The position numbers and the translations under genes are program-made. Below are positions 18,824 to 27,886 of a stretch of 64,000 nucleotides of DNA, one piece after another. The notes under the pieces are model-generated. The model saw only the letters and a list, made by a program, of their open reading frames with translations. It was not told the origin of the DNA and did no database searches. Every line of letters starts with the position of its first letter. The first letter of the stretch is position 1. Source of the DNA: Candidatus Sumerlaeaceae bacterium (GTDB taxonomy: Bacteria; Sumerlaeota; Sumerlaeia; Sumerlaeales; Sumerlaeaceae); NCBI GenBank assembly GCA_051003195.1, contig JBPCLP010000009.1:32001-96000 (forward strand), read 5' to 3'.

Positions 18824-20686
18824 TTATGAGAACAAATCAGCGATCAATTTCTCGTAATGGTTCGCAACGACGTTGCGCTTAATTTTCAGGGTCTGGGTGA
18901 GCATTCCATTGTCCTCAGAGAATGGCTCGGACAGTAGTGCGACCTTCGAGATGTGGTCGCTCGGTTTAAAGGTAGCCTCAGCTGCCATCGCACTCTTAAT
19001 GGCTTCGCGCACAGCTTTCACGGCCTGCGGGCTCGCTGCCACCTCTGTAGCTGAGGTGTTATCCGGCAGTCCGATTGCAACGGCCAGCGCGGCGTAGTTC
19101 GGCACCACGAGCGCCCCAACGGTTTTCTGGTCCTGTCCCACGCATACGATCTGCTGGATGAGCGGGCTTTTGCGCGCGGCGTCCTCGATGGGTTCAGGCT
19201 CGACATTTTCACCGCCAACGAGTACAATCGTGTCCTTCGCGCGTCCAGAAATGACCAGGTCTCCGGATGCGGCGATCCATCCGAGGTCGCCGGTGTTGAA
19301 CCAGCCGTCCTCACTGAGCACTTTGGCTGTGGCTTCGACATTATTGTAATAGCCGCTCATAACCTGCGGCCCGCGCGCGAAAATAATTCCCGCAGTGCCT
19401 TGTGGCAGCAGGTTGCCGGGGTCGTCGCGAACCTGGATTTCTGTTTCCGGCATGGGTAGTCCAACCGTGCCACGCACATTGTGCGTTGTACGGCGATTGC
19501 ATAGGACTGGAGCCGTTTCTGTAAGGCCGTAGCCATTGAGGATCGGTACGCCGACCATCTCGAAGAAATCGTCGAGGTATGCGGCCAGGCTCCCGCCGCC
19601 ACTGACGGCTGCGCGCATCCTGCCACCGGTGACGGCCCGCAATCTGGAAAAGACCAATGCATCACCCAGCTCGTAGGCGGGCGCGAGGGCGACCATGGCA
19701 GCAATAGCCTGGGCCTTCTCTGCCGCGCCCGCGGGGGTGCGCCTGACGTCGGTTGCGGTGGCTACGCGTTTCGCGTGAATGTAGCGGCTGCCGACCCGGG
19801 TGAAAAACGCGAAGAGCTTCTGTCGCGCCGGTGGCGACTTGCGCACCTTATCCTGGATGGCGTCGTATACGCTTTCCCAAATACGCGGCACGCACGGCAT
19901 CAGGTGCGGGCGCATCTCTTCCATGTCTTTCTTAAGAAACCGTTTGTCGCTGTAGACGAGAGTGGCGCCATGGCGCAGCGCATAGTATTCCACGGCGCGT
20001 TCGTATGCATGCCACGTGGGTAGAATGGAAAGAACGATCTCGCCGGGCATTGCAGTCGTCCCTAGGTCCACTCCATCGGGTTGATGTGCAAGATTCCCAT
20101 GTGTCAGCATGACTCCCTTGGGCGAGCCTGTCGTCCCCGAAGTGTACACGATCGTCGCCAGTGTGGAGGGCGTTACCTTTGCCGACAGTGCGTCGAACTG
20201 CTCCAGGTTTGAGTCGCCACGCTGCTGGATTGCGGAGAAATTGATAACACTGGCCGGTGCATCGGCCGGTGCCGAGTCGTCCATGAGTACGACCAGTTTG
20301 ACCGCCTTCATTATTTCTGAGTTCGAAAGCCGATCGTAAATGTATTTGTCCTGCAGCACTGCAGCCGTGGTGCCGCTGTGCTTCATAATAAACTCGAATT
20401 CCGCGGTGGAGGTATCGGACCCGCGCGGGACATCGACGGTGCCCATACCCAGCATGCCAAGGTCCGCAATCATCCAACGGGGGCGATTGTCGGAAAAAAA
20501 AGCGATCCGTTCGCCAGGCGCGATTCCGCTGGCGGCGAGTCCCGCTCCGAAACTGCGTGCCTGCGCCGCGAGTTGCGCATAAGTTAATTTATCGGGCGGA
20601 TTTCCGTGTGGGTTGTCCAGGGCCACGACATTCGCGTGGCGCTGCGCCGCCTCGAAAAAGAACTGCGGGATGGTGCGCTGCGGCAA
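18824..20686 (-). CDS. Long-chain fatty acid-CoA/ACP ligase (AMP-binding)
   Basis: YTSGTTGSPKGVMLTH, GYGLTET, GWFNTGDLG, GRAKDTIVL.GGENVEP, LTQTLKIKR. Confidence 0.93.
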   Translation of the reverse strand: MPQRTIPQFFFEAAQRHANVVALDNPHGNPPDKLTYAQLAAQARSFGAGLAASGIAPGERIAFFSDNRPRWMIADLGMLGMGTVDVPRGSDTSTAEFEFIMKHSGTTAAVLQDKYIYDRLSNSEIMKAVKLVVLMDDSAPADAPASVINFSAIQQRGDSNLEQFDALSAKVTPSTLATIVYTSGTTGSPKGVMLTHGNLAHQPDGVDLGTTAMPGEIVLSILPTWHAYERAVEYYALRHGATLVYSDKRFLKKDMEEMRPHLMPCVPRIWESVYDAIQDKVRKSPPARQKLFAFFTRVGSRYIHAKRVATATDVRRTPAGAAEKAQAIAAMVALAPAYELGDALVFSRLRAVTGGRMRAAVSGGGSLAAYLDDFFEMVGVPILNGYGLTETAPVLCNRRTTHNVRGTVGLPMPETEIQVRDDPGNLLPQGTAGIIFARGPQVMSGYYNNVEATAKVLSEDGWFNTGDLGWIAASGDLVISGRAKDTIVLVGGENVEPEPIEDAARKSPLIQQIVCVGQDQKTVGALVVPNYAALAVAIGLPDNTSATEVAASPQAVKAVREAIKSAMAAEATFKPSDHISKVALLSEPFSEDNGMLTQTLKIKRNVVANHYEKLIADLFS

Positions 20687-20692
20687 GGGTTA

Positions 20693-20986
20693 CTACTGGG
20701 TCTCGACCGTATAGACCATGAATCCCTTGGGGTTGGAAACCACAAAGGACTTACCATCACCGACCGCCACCACGTCCTTCAAATCGGCGACGGAAAACCC
20801 CTGCAGACTTTTTACAATAAGCCTGCGCTGAGTTGTGGTGGTGGATAAGGTGGTTTGCGCGTGCGCGCTCGATTCAAGCGGGAATATCAACTCCGCACTA
20901 CCGGGCGAACGGAAAAGGTTCGCGGCCAGAAGTGCGGCGATCAGCACGAGCATCAGTTTTCCGAAACGGTCCTGTAGCATTGGCAT
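20693..20986 (-). CDS. Hypothetical exported protein (97 aa)
   Basis: MPMLQDRFGKLMLVLIAALLAANL signal-like N-terminus with AAGGA upstream; ends 6 bp before the acyl-CoA ligase start. Confidence 0.6.
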   Translation of the reverse strand: MPMLQDRFGKLMLVLIAALLAANLFRSPGSAELIFPLESSAHAQTTLSTTTTQRRLIVKSLQGFSVADLKDVVAVGDGKSFVVSNPKGFMVYTVETQ

Positions 20987-21051
20987 CGGTTCCTTGATCA
21001 GAGATTCTGCCGCAGCCAGACAGGCGCATGGGCAAGGGGCAAGCGTAAACC

Positions 21052-21083
21052 GAATGCGGAGTGCGGAGTGCGGAGCGCGGAGT
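21052..21083. repeat. Heptamer tandem repeat, reverse complement of the 1224 repeat
   Basis: gaatgcggagtgcggagtgcggagcgcggagt. Confidence 0.75.
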
Positions 21084-21335
21084 ACCAACAAGGTGTATGG
21101 ATTTCGATTACGACGGTGAGCACGAGCACGATTGGGAGTCAGGTTATGAGTTGGACTTTCCATACGGACTTGAGGCCCCAGAGGACGAGGGTGCGGTCGT
21201 CCCACCGGTCGAGGTTATGGCGACGCAGCGGTCTACGTCGATGCATTGGAACAGGGGCGAGAGTTGGCCGGGTGGAATGGGATCGCCGGGGTCGCTGTTG
21301 GGGGTGTCGGCTATTGCAGGATGGAACCCCTCAAC

Positions 21336-21359
21336 CGCAGGCGAGACGCCTGCGCCACC
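21336..21359. repeat. REP-like palindrome downstream of the ABC operon
   Basis: cgcaggcg-aga-cgcctgcg hairpin followed by ccac; single copy in window. Confidence 0.5.
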
Positions 21360-21389
21360 TGAGAAACCCATTAGAAGATTCCGCATGGG

Positions 21390-22070
21390 TCAGACCTCCA
21401 GCTTCAAAAACCTGCGCCGTGCGTACAAGTGCGCGAACGCACACCATGCGCCACCGAGAATCCACCACATCAGGGGGATCTTTAGAATGGGTGTGCCTTC
21501 TTCCGCGGGATTCATGTGAAAGTACTGATACCACAACTCGCCAATCAGTGCGCCGAGAAGCAGCACGCCAAACGGCATGATCATTGAGGCCAGCAGCGCG
21601 GTGAGACCCTGGCGCAGCAGCAGCGCCATAAGCGGGCCGCTGAAGAACGCGGACACTAGCATGATCAGCATCGCCTTGTAGAGAGCCGCAGTGGGTTCAT
21701 GGAGATTATTTGGCCAGAGGTGGAATGCCAACACTGCGAATAGCTCCATGAGAGCGAGTGCCAGTAGGCATGCCCCCACCAGAAGGATTTTGCGATTCCA
21801 GATGGCTGCACGCCGCACAGGCTGCGCGAGCAGTCGCGCCATTGTGTTGTTTGCAAACTCGCTGCTGAACGGATACGTGGCGACAGCATGGACGAGCGTA
21901 TAACCCGCAAACCAGAGCAGACCTACGATGAACCCATTGTATTGCCCTGTCGTCACACCGCTGGAATACACGAGTTGCATGAGCCCGAGCAGAAGGACAG
22001 CTAACGCTGCAATCCAGTACCACATCAACTCGCGTGCTTCTTTGCGAAAGAACTGCTGGTTGAGGCTCAT
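21390..22070 (-). CDS. ABC-2 type permease
   Basis: KEAREL N-terminus; SSEFANNTMARLLAQPVRRAAIWNRK; about 6 TM helices; ends RRFLKLEV. Confidence 0.8.
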   Translation of the reverse strand: MSLNQQFFRKEARELMWYWIAALAVLLLGLMQLVYSSGVTTGQYNGFIVGLLWFAGYTLVHAVATYPFSSEFANNTMARLLAQPVRRAAIWNRKILLVGACLLALALMELFAVLAFHLWPNNLHEPTAALYKAMLIMLVSAFFSGPLMALLLRQGLTALLASMIMPFGVLLLGALIGELWYQYFHMNPAEEGTPILKIPLMWWILGGAWCAFAHLYARRRFLKLEV

Positions 22071-22128
22071 GCGTGTACCCCGGGCGTGGATTGGCGCGCG
22101 TGTGTATCGTTGTTTCTCTTGTTCACGT

Positions 22129-22878
22129 TCACACCTCGAGCCGCTCGAACCGGCGGTAGGCTGTTCTGAACGTCACGAAGGCTAGCAACCCAAGAAGCAG
22201 CGATGCGGTCAGGGCAAACTGGAGGTAATCTTCACCACCCCTGTCAAAGTCGTCCATGAAGTCGCGAAGCCATCCGAACCCGAACGCCACGGCAATCAGA
22301 TACGCAATGAGCAGAAGCAGCGCTGGGAGCGACCGGCGCATAAGCATGGCAATGAGCGGCCCGGCTGAAATCATTACCGCGCCCCAGGAAAACAGAAGAA
22401 TCCCGCCCATGGAAAGCGTTGCTGGAGGATAAATATCGGTCCTTACAACCGATTGCACTCCCCATGTAATTGCCGGCGAGAGGGCGAGCAGCAATGCAGC
22501 GGCCGTGACGCCGAGCTTCTCAGACCATAACTGAAGTCGGCTGACGGGCTGCACCACCAGTTGGCCAATGGTTGAATTCTGAAACTCGATGAGGAAGGAT
22601 TGCAGGCAGAGCGCGCAGATGGAAATGACAAAAACGGCACCGCCGATGGCGTAACAAAGATAACCGAGTGCCTGCAGGAATCTCTCGCGCGGCATATGAT
22701 TTTCAGAATTTGCAGCCGCCAGGAGGAAAAGGCCGATGGTGATGAGTGCCTGGCAAACTAGAATCGCAGCAACGTAGGGCGCAAGGATGCGAAACTCATG
22801 GCGTATGCGTGGGTTGCGAATGGCCATGACGTTCGGGCGTTCCCCGCTTCGCTGCGACAATGCAGCAATCGCGTTCAC
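22129..22878 (-). CDS. ABC-2 type permease (paralog)
   Basis: EFQNSTIGQLVVQPVSRLQLWSEK; about 6 TM helices; ends RRFERLEV. Confidence 0.8.
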   Translation of the reverse strand: MNAIAALSQRSGERPNVMAIRNPRIRHEFRILAPYVAAILVCQALITIGLFLLAAANSENHMPRERFLQALGYLCYAIGGAVFVISICALCLQSFLIEFQNSTIGQLVVQPVSRLQLWSEKLGVTAAALLLALSPAITWGVQSVVRTDIYPPATLSMGGILLFSWGAVMISAGPLIAMLMRRSLPALLLLIAYLIAVAFGFGWLRDFMDDFDRGGEDYLQFALTASLLLGLLAFVTFRTAYRRFERLEV

Positions 22879-23813
22879 AAGCGCCCGCCCTTTGCCGTTC
22901 CCGTGGCAATGAAGATCTCCTCAAGCGTCAGGTTCTCGACTTCGACTTCCGCGGGGTTCAACGCCTTGAGTCTCGCATGCAGGTCGTCGCTGTATTCGTT
23001 TGTCAGTATCGTAGTGACACCGTCCTCGCGGCTGGCCTGTACGACGCCGAACTCGCCGAGGTTTGCGGGACGGTTGCCGTTCATCCAGCGCAGATGCACG
23101 CGTTTGCACCGCTGACGCGCGATCTCGCTTTCCAGCGTGAGGATGTCGCGTCCCTTGTCGATAATCGTAAACTCGTCGATCAGGCCTTCCCATTCGTGAA
23201 TGAGGTGCGTCGAGACGAGCACGGTGCGTTGGCCGGGAGCGGCGTCGAGGTACGCGCCAATGACCGTTTGGAGGAACTCGCGCCGGACAATCGGATCCAG
23301 GCCTGACGTCGGCTCATCCAGCAGCAGCAGGTCGGGTTCGGGGCACACGGCGCATACCAGGCCGAGCTGGCTGCGCATCCCCTTGCTCATCGAATCTACA
23401 CGTTTATTGGGGTCCATGTCGAAACGCGCGAGCAGGTCCATCTCGACGTCGCGATTCCAGTGTCTGCGAAACGACGCCGAGTAATCGAGCACCTCGCGCG
23501 CGGACATCCACGGGTGGAACGCCACGACTTCGGGCACGTAGCCGATGTGCGTTTTTACGCCTACTTCGTCGTACTGCGGTTCCTTGCCGAACACTTTCAC
23601 AACGCCGGCGCTGGGGCGCAGGTGATTGAGCAGGCATTTCATGGTGGTGCTTTTGCCGGCACCATTACGACCGAACAACCCGAAGCAGCGACCCTGGCGA
23701 ACGGTGAGGTTGAGACCGTCCACAGCTTCGGTCTTACCGTAGCGGCGCACGAGTCCGCGGATTTCGACCGCGGGGGTGGGGGCGTTGGGCGTGGTGCTGG
23801 GCTGCTGGGTCAT
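22875..23813 (-). CDS. ABC transporter ATP-binding protein (YtrB-like)
   Basis: GRNGAGKST, MSKGM, LLLDEPTSGLDP, LTLEEIF. Confidence 0.92.
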   Translation of the reverse strand: MTQQPSTTPNAPTPAVEIRGLVRRYGKTEAVDGLNLTVRQGRCFGLFGRNGAGKSTTMKCLLNHLRPSAGVVKVFGKEPQYDEVGVKTHIGYVPEVVAFHPWMSAREVLDYSASFRRHWNRDVEMDLLARFDMDPNKRVDSMSKGMRSQLGLVCAVCPEPDLLLLDEPTSGLDPIVRREFLQTVIGAYLDAAPGQRTVLVSTHLIHEWEGLIDEFTIIDKGRDILTLESEIARQRCKRVHLRWMNGNRPANLGEFGVVQASREDGVTTILTNEYSDDLHARLKALNPAEVEVENLTLEEIFIATGTAKGGRL

Positions 23814-23827
23814 GGCAGGGGTCCTCC

Positions 23828-23912
23828 GGGGTGGTGGGGGTGAATGGGGCTGGTGGGGTTGATGGGAGGAATAGGACTTATAGGAGATATAGGACCTATA
23901 TGGCCTATAAGT
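23828..23912. repeat. Degenerate 9-mer tandem array with G-run portion
   Basis: atggggctg gtggggttg atgggagga ataggactt ataggagat ataggacct atatggcct. Confidence 0.7.
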
Positions 23913-23925
23913 GCTGCATAGGTGT

Positions 23926-24321
23926 TCATGCGCTGGCCCTCCGCTTCTGGAAATCGTGCAGGCGCTGGCGGACGAGATTGATCAGGTCGTCATCCATTAC
24001 CTGGAAATGGTGCGCCTGGACAACAGCAGCGTCGATGGCATCGACGAGGATCTCGTCGCGTACGCGCTTTTTGAAAGGGCTGCCGTTGCTGGCGACGAAC
24101 ACGCCGCGGCCGTGCTGCAAATCCACGACGCCTTCATGCTCGAGTTCCGCGTAGGCTTTGGACACGGTATTGCGATTAATGCGGAGCTGCTCGGCCAGGT
24201 CCCGGATTGAAGGGAGCTGGTCACCTGCGCGCAGGGTTCCTGCCGCGGCCGCATACTTTACCTGCTCGGTGATCTGCAGGTAGGTGGGCTTTCCGGACTT
24301 AAAATTGATTTCAATTCGCAT
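23926..24321 (-). CDS. GntR family regulator, YtrA subfamily
   Basis: PTYLQI..Q, GDQLPSIRDLAEQLRINRNTVSKAYAELEHEG, GRGVFV; short C-domain; heads an ABC operon. Confidence 0.92.
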   Translation of the reverse strand: MRIEINFKSGKPTYLQITEQVKYAAAAGTLRAGDQLPSIRDLAEQLRINRNTVSKAYAELEHEGVVDLQHGRGVFVASNGSPFKKRVRDEILVDAIDAAVVQAHHFQVMDDDLINLVRQRLHDFQKRRASA

Positions 24322-24325
24322 GACG

Positions 24326-24358
24326 TGTCATCTTATACTGTCCTAGTACAATGTGACA
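24326..24358. promoter_or_regulatory. Palindromic putative YtrA-type operator
   Basis: TGTCA-tc-TTATACT-gtcct-AGTACAA-tg-TGACA immediately upstream of the GntR start codon. Confidence 0.7.
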
Positions 24359-24657
24359 GTTGGAAGATTCAAGGGGAAAGTGTGTCGTGAGAAAAGAGAA
24401 CCACAGAGACACAGAGGCACAGAGTGAACACAGAGACCTGACGACGGACACCTGACGCATTCGAGCGGCAACGAGTAGCTGTATCCACGAATGGCACGAA
24501 GTTGCACGAAGAACGAACATGTCGTAAGAGTCTTCAGTATTATCGGCGGCGGCGGCGGGTGGTTGGCGACCGGGGGTTGCTGGTCGTTTTGTGGGCTGAA
24601 TAAAGCGAGGTTGGTCTGATAGGATTTCGGGCGGTTGGTTTGGTCTGACGGATGCGC

Positions 24658-24747
24658 GGAGGGATGTCCGAGTGGCTTAAGGAGCACGCTTGGAAAGCGT
24701 GTATACTCGCAAGGGTATCCAGGGTTCGAATCCCTGTCCCTCCGCCA
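24658..24747 (+). tRNA. tRNA-Ser (GGA)
   Basis: GGAGGGA/TCCCTCC acceptor stem, CACGC-TTGGAAA-GCGTG anticodon arm, long variable arm, GGTTCGAATCC, encoded CCA. Confidence 0.97.
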
Positions 24748-24970
24748 GAACGTTCCGCGCAGATGGGGCGGCGAGCGCAACGGTCTAAAAGAAGAATGAG
24801 AATCCACGAATCCGACGAATCGGCCTAAAGCAGCACCGCCGCAACCAAATCGAGCCCACGCCTCGCAGCAAGCTGCGCAAAATGCAAAGGGTCGCGCTAA
24901 CGCGCTTTGTTGGAAGTTGGAAAAGATTATCTGCAACCAGCGGCGATTTTGGGGTGTAGGGATACGAAAC

Positions 24971-25004
24971 AAAAAAGCCCCGGTGCGGGTAGCGCCGGGG
25001 CTTT
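24971..25004 (-). terminator. Rho-independent terminator for the 25023-26105 gene, possibly bidirectional
   Basis: aaaaaagccccggtgc-gggta-gcgccggggcttt. Confidence 0.8.
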
Positions 25005-25022
25005 AGTATCTATGTTGAGCTG

Positions 25023-26105
25023 TTAGTTTTCGTATATCGCCCAGTCGGCTACCGCTGCCGGCGTCTGCTGATAGACGGTGTATTTACGAGGGGAATCCTC
25101 GGTACCGGTGATCAGGTACTTTGTACCGCTCACAGTGAAAAAAGTATGACCGAGAGCTGCATCGGCTGCCGGAAGCTGCCCGCCAGTGCTGCCGGTCCCG
25201 TCGATGAACTGGTAATGAGCTGCATTCGGGCCAGTCAGCGAGCCATCAATCAGTCTCCAACCTTGTGCGCCGACCGCATTGCCGCCGCGCCCGGTCATTA
25301 CAATATTGTCTGCAGCATTTAGGCTCACCGACTGATAGAAAGGTGAGTTTGAGCTGCTTTCGCCCGTCAGGTCAGCAACGAACGGATTAACCGCACCTGA
25401 GTAACTTGTAGTAGCGGGTGTGCCTGCAGTACTGGTGAAGTAATGAACGCCGCCATTGCTTGTACCGGTGACCGTGTGGCTGATATAGATTCGGCTGTGA
25501 GCAGCATCGTAAGTCGCACTGGGGGCGTTGCCTGTGAAGCCAGCCGCGGTGACAGGGCTGCCTGCATCTTCCGTTGCGGTGTTTGTTCCGGTATTTACGG
25601 TCAGGAAATGCAGACTTCCTGAGGCGTACCCAGGCAGTACAACTTTGTTAACACCGACTGCCGTGCAACCACCGCACAGTTCGAGTCCGCCAGGGAGAGT
25701 AATCAGATTCGTCGCCCATGTGGTGGGTCCCGTTTGCACAAATTTGGCGAGATAAGTGTTGGTCGCGTCTTGTCCGCTGGCATAGATGGTTCCATTTGGA
25801 TCGATGGTGATACCTTCCCAAGAACCTGGGCCGTATGGATCCGGAGGCACACTGCTTCCGCTTGCATCGTAGACGACCGTGAAATCCCCTGCGACACCAG
25901 TCGCCGTCAGCGGGGTAGCAATCATCCATACCTTGTCCGAGTTGTTATCACAAAAGTAGATGGTGCCGGTAGTACTAGCCGTGGCAACTGTCATACGTTG
26001 ACCAGGCGAGTTAAACTGGCTTTTGTAGCCATACGTCGGTGCGGCAAAAGATGGGACAGCCAATAAACCAATCGCTGCACTGATGAAAACGAATTCTTTC
26101 CTCAC
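25023..26105 (-). CDS. Secreted beta-propeller-like protein with C-terminal AAVADWAIYE tag
   Basis: GTG start after GAGGGG; signal peptide ending PSFA; Thr/Gly/Ser-rich beta-strand repeats such as GITIDPNGTIYAS. Confidence 0.7.
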   Translation of the reverse strand: MRKEFVFISAAIGLLAVPSFAAPTYGYKSQFNSPGQRMTVATASTTGTIYFCDNNSDKVWMIATPLTATGVAGDFTVVYDASGSSVPPDPYGPGSWEGITIDPNGTIYASGQDATNTYLAKFVQTGPTTWATNLITLPGGLELCGGCTAVGVNKVVLPGYASGSLHFLTVNTGTNTATEDAGSPVTAAGFTGNAPSATYDAAHSRIYISHTVTGTSNGGVHYFTSTAGTPATTSYSGAVNPFVADLTGESSSNSPFYQSVSLNAADNIVMTGRGGNAVGAQGWRLIDGSLTGPNAAHYQFIDGTGSTGGQLPAADAALGHTFFTVSGTKYLITGTEDSPRKYTVYQQTPAAVADWAIYEN

Positions 26106-26314
26106 GTTAAGAATTCCCCTCTCTAAAGCAAGATTTAGCGTTTGTCGCAGGCTGAGGTGCGCAGGCACGCTGGGCCGCACAAATGCTTTGGAGATAGAGT
26201 TGTCGGGGTGCGGGATTTGAAGAGCAAATCTTATTCGCGCCCTTAGACCGGTTGAAATCTAGTGAACTACTGGAAGTTTGCCAAGTGTAATGTGTTCAAT
26301 ATTCGACGCCTAAG

Positions 26315-27844
26315 TTATTGCGGGTTAGCTGCCGCGGGTGCGCTGGTCAGCACATCGGCGGGGCGCGGGCCGGCGGTTTCCTGTGGTGTGGGTGATGCCG
26401 TTGCCGTCGGAGCAGCGGACGGAGGTGTGTTTGCTGCTGCAGCCGGTGTGGGTGCGGTGGAGACAGGTTCAGGCGCTGGCGTCGGGACTGGAGCGGCTTG
26501 CGAGGTTTCGCCAGGCGGGGCGGCAGGCGTGACAGAAACCGTCGCTGATGTCATGGTGGAATTTTCTGCAGAAGCAGACTCGTCAGCCAATCGCACCGCG
26601 ACTGCCTTACCATCCGGACCAAGCTGGTTTGCCGCAGCCACAAATTTGCCGTTCTTTACCTGCGCCACCTGCACCGGCTTCTTACAGTCGCCTTCCTGGT
26701 CAAAGAACGTCTTGCCGGTGAGGCTGTCGTAGGCCGTCTGGGGGGAGTCGAGGCCTTTCAGGTACTGCAGCACTGCGTCGCGGGTAAAGCCGTTCCTTTT
26801 AATGCCTTCGCACACCACGCTGATTGCGTCGTAGCTGAGCGCGGCCCAGGCGTCGGGTTCCCTGTGGTACTTTTTGCGGAAGCCAACATCAAACCGGCCC
26901 GCCTTCTCACCACCCAGGTCGAAGAGGAACGGGCACGTGACGTAAGCGCCTTCCGCCGCGGCTCCTGCCAGTGTGATGTACTGCTGACTGAAAACACCGT
27001 CACCACCAATAAACTGCGCCTTGATACCGATATCACGCGCTTGGCGTGCGATGTTCGCTGCCTCATTATATAGTCCAGCTACCAGGATAGCCTCGGGCTG
27101 TGGCTGCGCTCCGTGTACGGTTGTGAGTTGGGAGCGGAAATCGGGCTGCTCCTTATTGTAAGCCTGCTCGGCGACGATTTTAATCCCGAGTTCCTGTGCC
27201 TTTTTTTTAAAGCTGTCCTTGAGCCCGGCGCCATAGTCGTCGTTGTCGAACAGGATGGCCATGTTCTTAAAGCTGAGCACATTGCCGGCATATTGTGCCA
27301 GAGATTGCCCCTGGAAATCATCGGTGAAGATGTTCCGGTATGCATACTCGCTGTTTTTGGTAACTTCCACATTGGTGGATCCAGGCGAGAACATGACCAT
27401 TTTTGCCTGCGTGTAGATCGGCTTGCCGTTCAGCGAGCAGGAGCTGTTGAAGTGACCGATGACTGCCAGCACGGCATCATTGCTTGCGATGGTGCTGGCA
27501 ACCGTCTGCGCCTGCGCTGCATTTCCAGCATCGTCCTGGATGTTAAGCTTCAATTTACGGCCGTTTATGCCCCCCGTCGCGTTCAGCTCGTCCGCAAACA
27601 GCTCTACTCCCATCCTGATCTGAACACCGAACTCGGAGCTGTTACCTGTGAACGGACCCGCCACTCCCAGCATAAAAGTATCTTCTTTTGTGGCTGCTGT
27701 AGAGGTCGTAGAGCCGGGCTGAGTGCGACTCGCTGAGCGGCGGACCGACGGAGTGCCCTCCTGCTGCACTTTATTGTCACATCCACTCAGCGCGGCAACC
27801 AGTGCCAACGTTCCGAAGCCTGCAAAACCTAAGCGCATTCTCAT
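26315..27844 (-). CDS. Branched-chain amino acid ABC substrate-binding lipoprotein (LivK-like) with Pro/Ala/Thr tail
   Basis: LSGC lipobox; GGINGRKL, VIGHFNSSCS, DDYGAGL, DFRSQLT. Confidence 0.9.
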   Translation of the reverse strand: MRMRLGFAGFGTLALVAALSGCDNKVQQEGTPSVRRSASRTQPGSTTSTAATKEDTFMLGVAGPFTGNSSEFGVQIRMGVELFADELNATGGINGRKLKLNIQDDAGNAAQAQTVASTIASNDAVLAVIGHFNSSCSLNGKPIYTQAKMVMFSPGSTNVEVTKNSEYAYRNIFTDDFQGQSLAQYAGNVLSFKNMAILFDNDDYGAGLKDSFKKKAQELGIKIVAEQAYNKEQPDFRSQLTTVHGAQPQPEAILVAGLYNEAANIARQARDIGIKAQFIGGDGVFSQQYITLAGAAAEGAYVTCPFLFDLGGEKAGRFDVGFRKKYHREPDAWAALSYDAISVVCEGIKRNGFTRDAVLQYLKGLDSPQTAYDSLTGKTFFDQEGDCKKPVQVAQVKNGKFVAAANQLGPDGKAVAVRLADESASAENSTMTSATVSVTPAAPPGETSQAAPVPTPAPEPVSTAPTPAAAANTPPSAAPTATASPTPQETAGPRPADVLTSAPAAANPQ

Positions 27845-27886
27845 ACTGTCCTCGGTTTTCTCTTCGATCAAAAAAGGACTGCTTTG

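Noticed and set aside
21061..21580. Plus-strand ORFs or a decayed four-helix/GxxExxY gene after the repeats at 21052-21131
   Set aside because: Only vague motif resemblance (STSMHWN, VYVDALE). The ORFs are built partly from repeats and overlap the permease antisense.
24492..24506. Sigma54 promoter TGGCACGAAGTTGCA
   Set aside because: GG-to-GC spacing is one base short of the strict -24/-12 spacing, and it lies within a cacgaa repeat.
24343..24972. 209-aa minus-strand ORF
   Set aside because: Runs antisense across tRNA-Ser and short repeats; not protein-like.
24747..25022. Genomic island integrated at tRNA-Ser
   Set aside because: No integrase, and I found no duplicated tRNA 3' end in the window.
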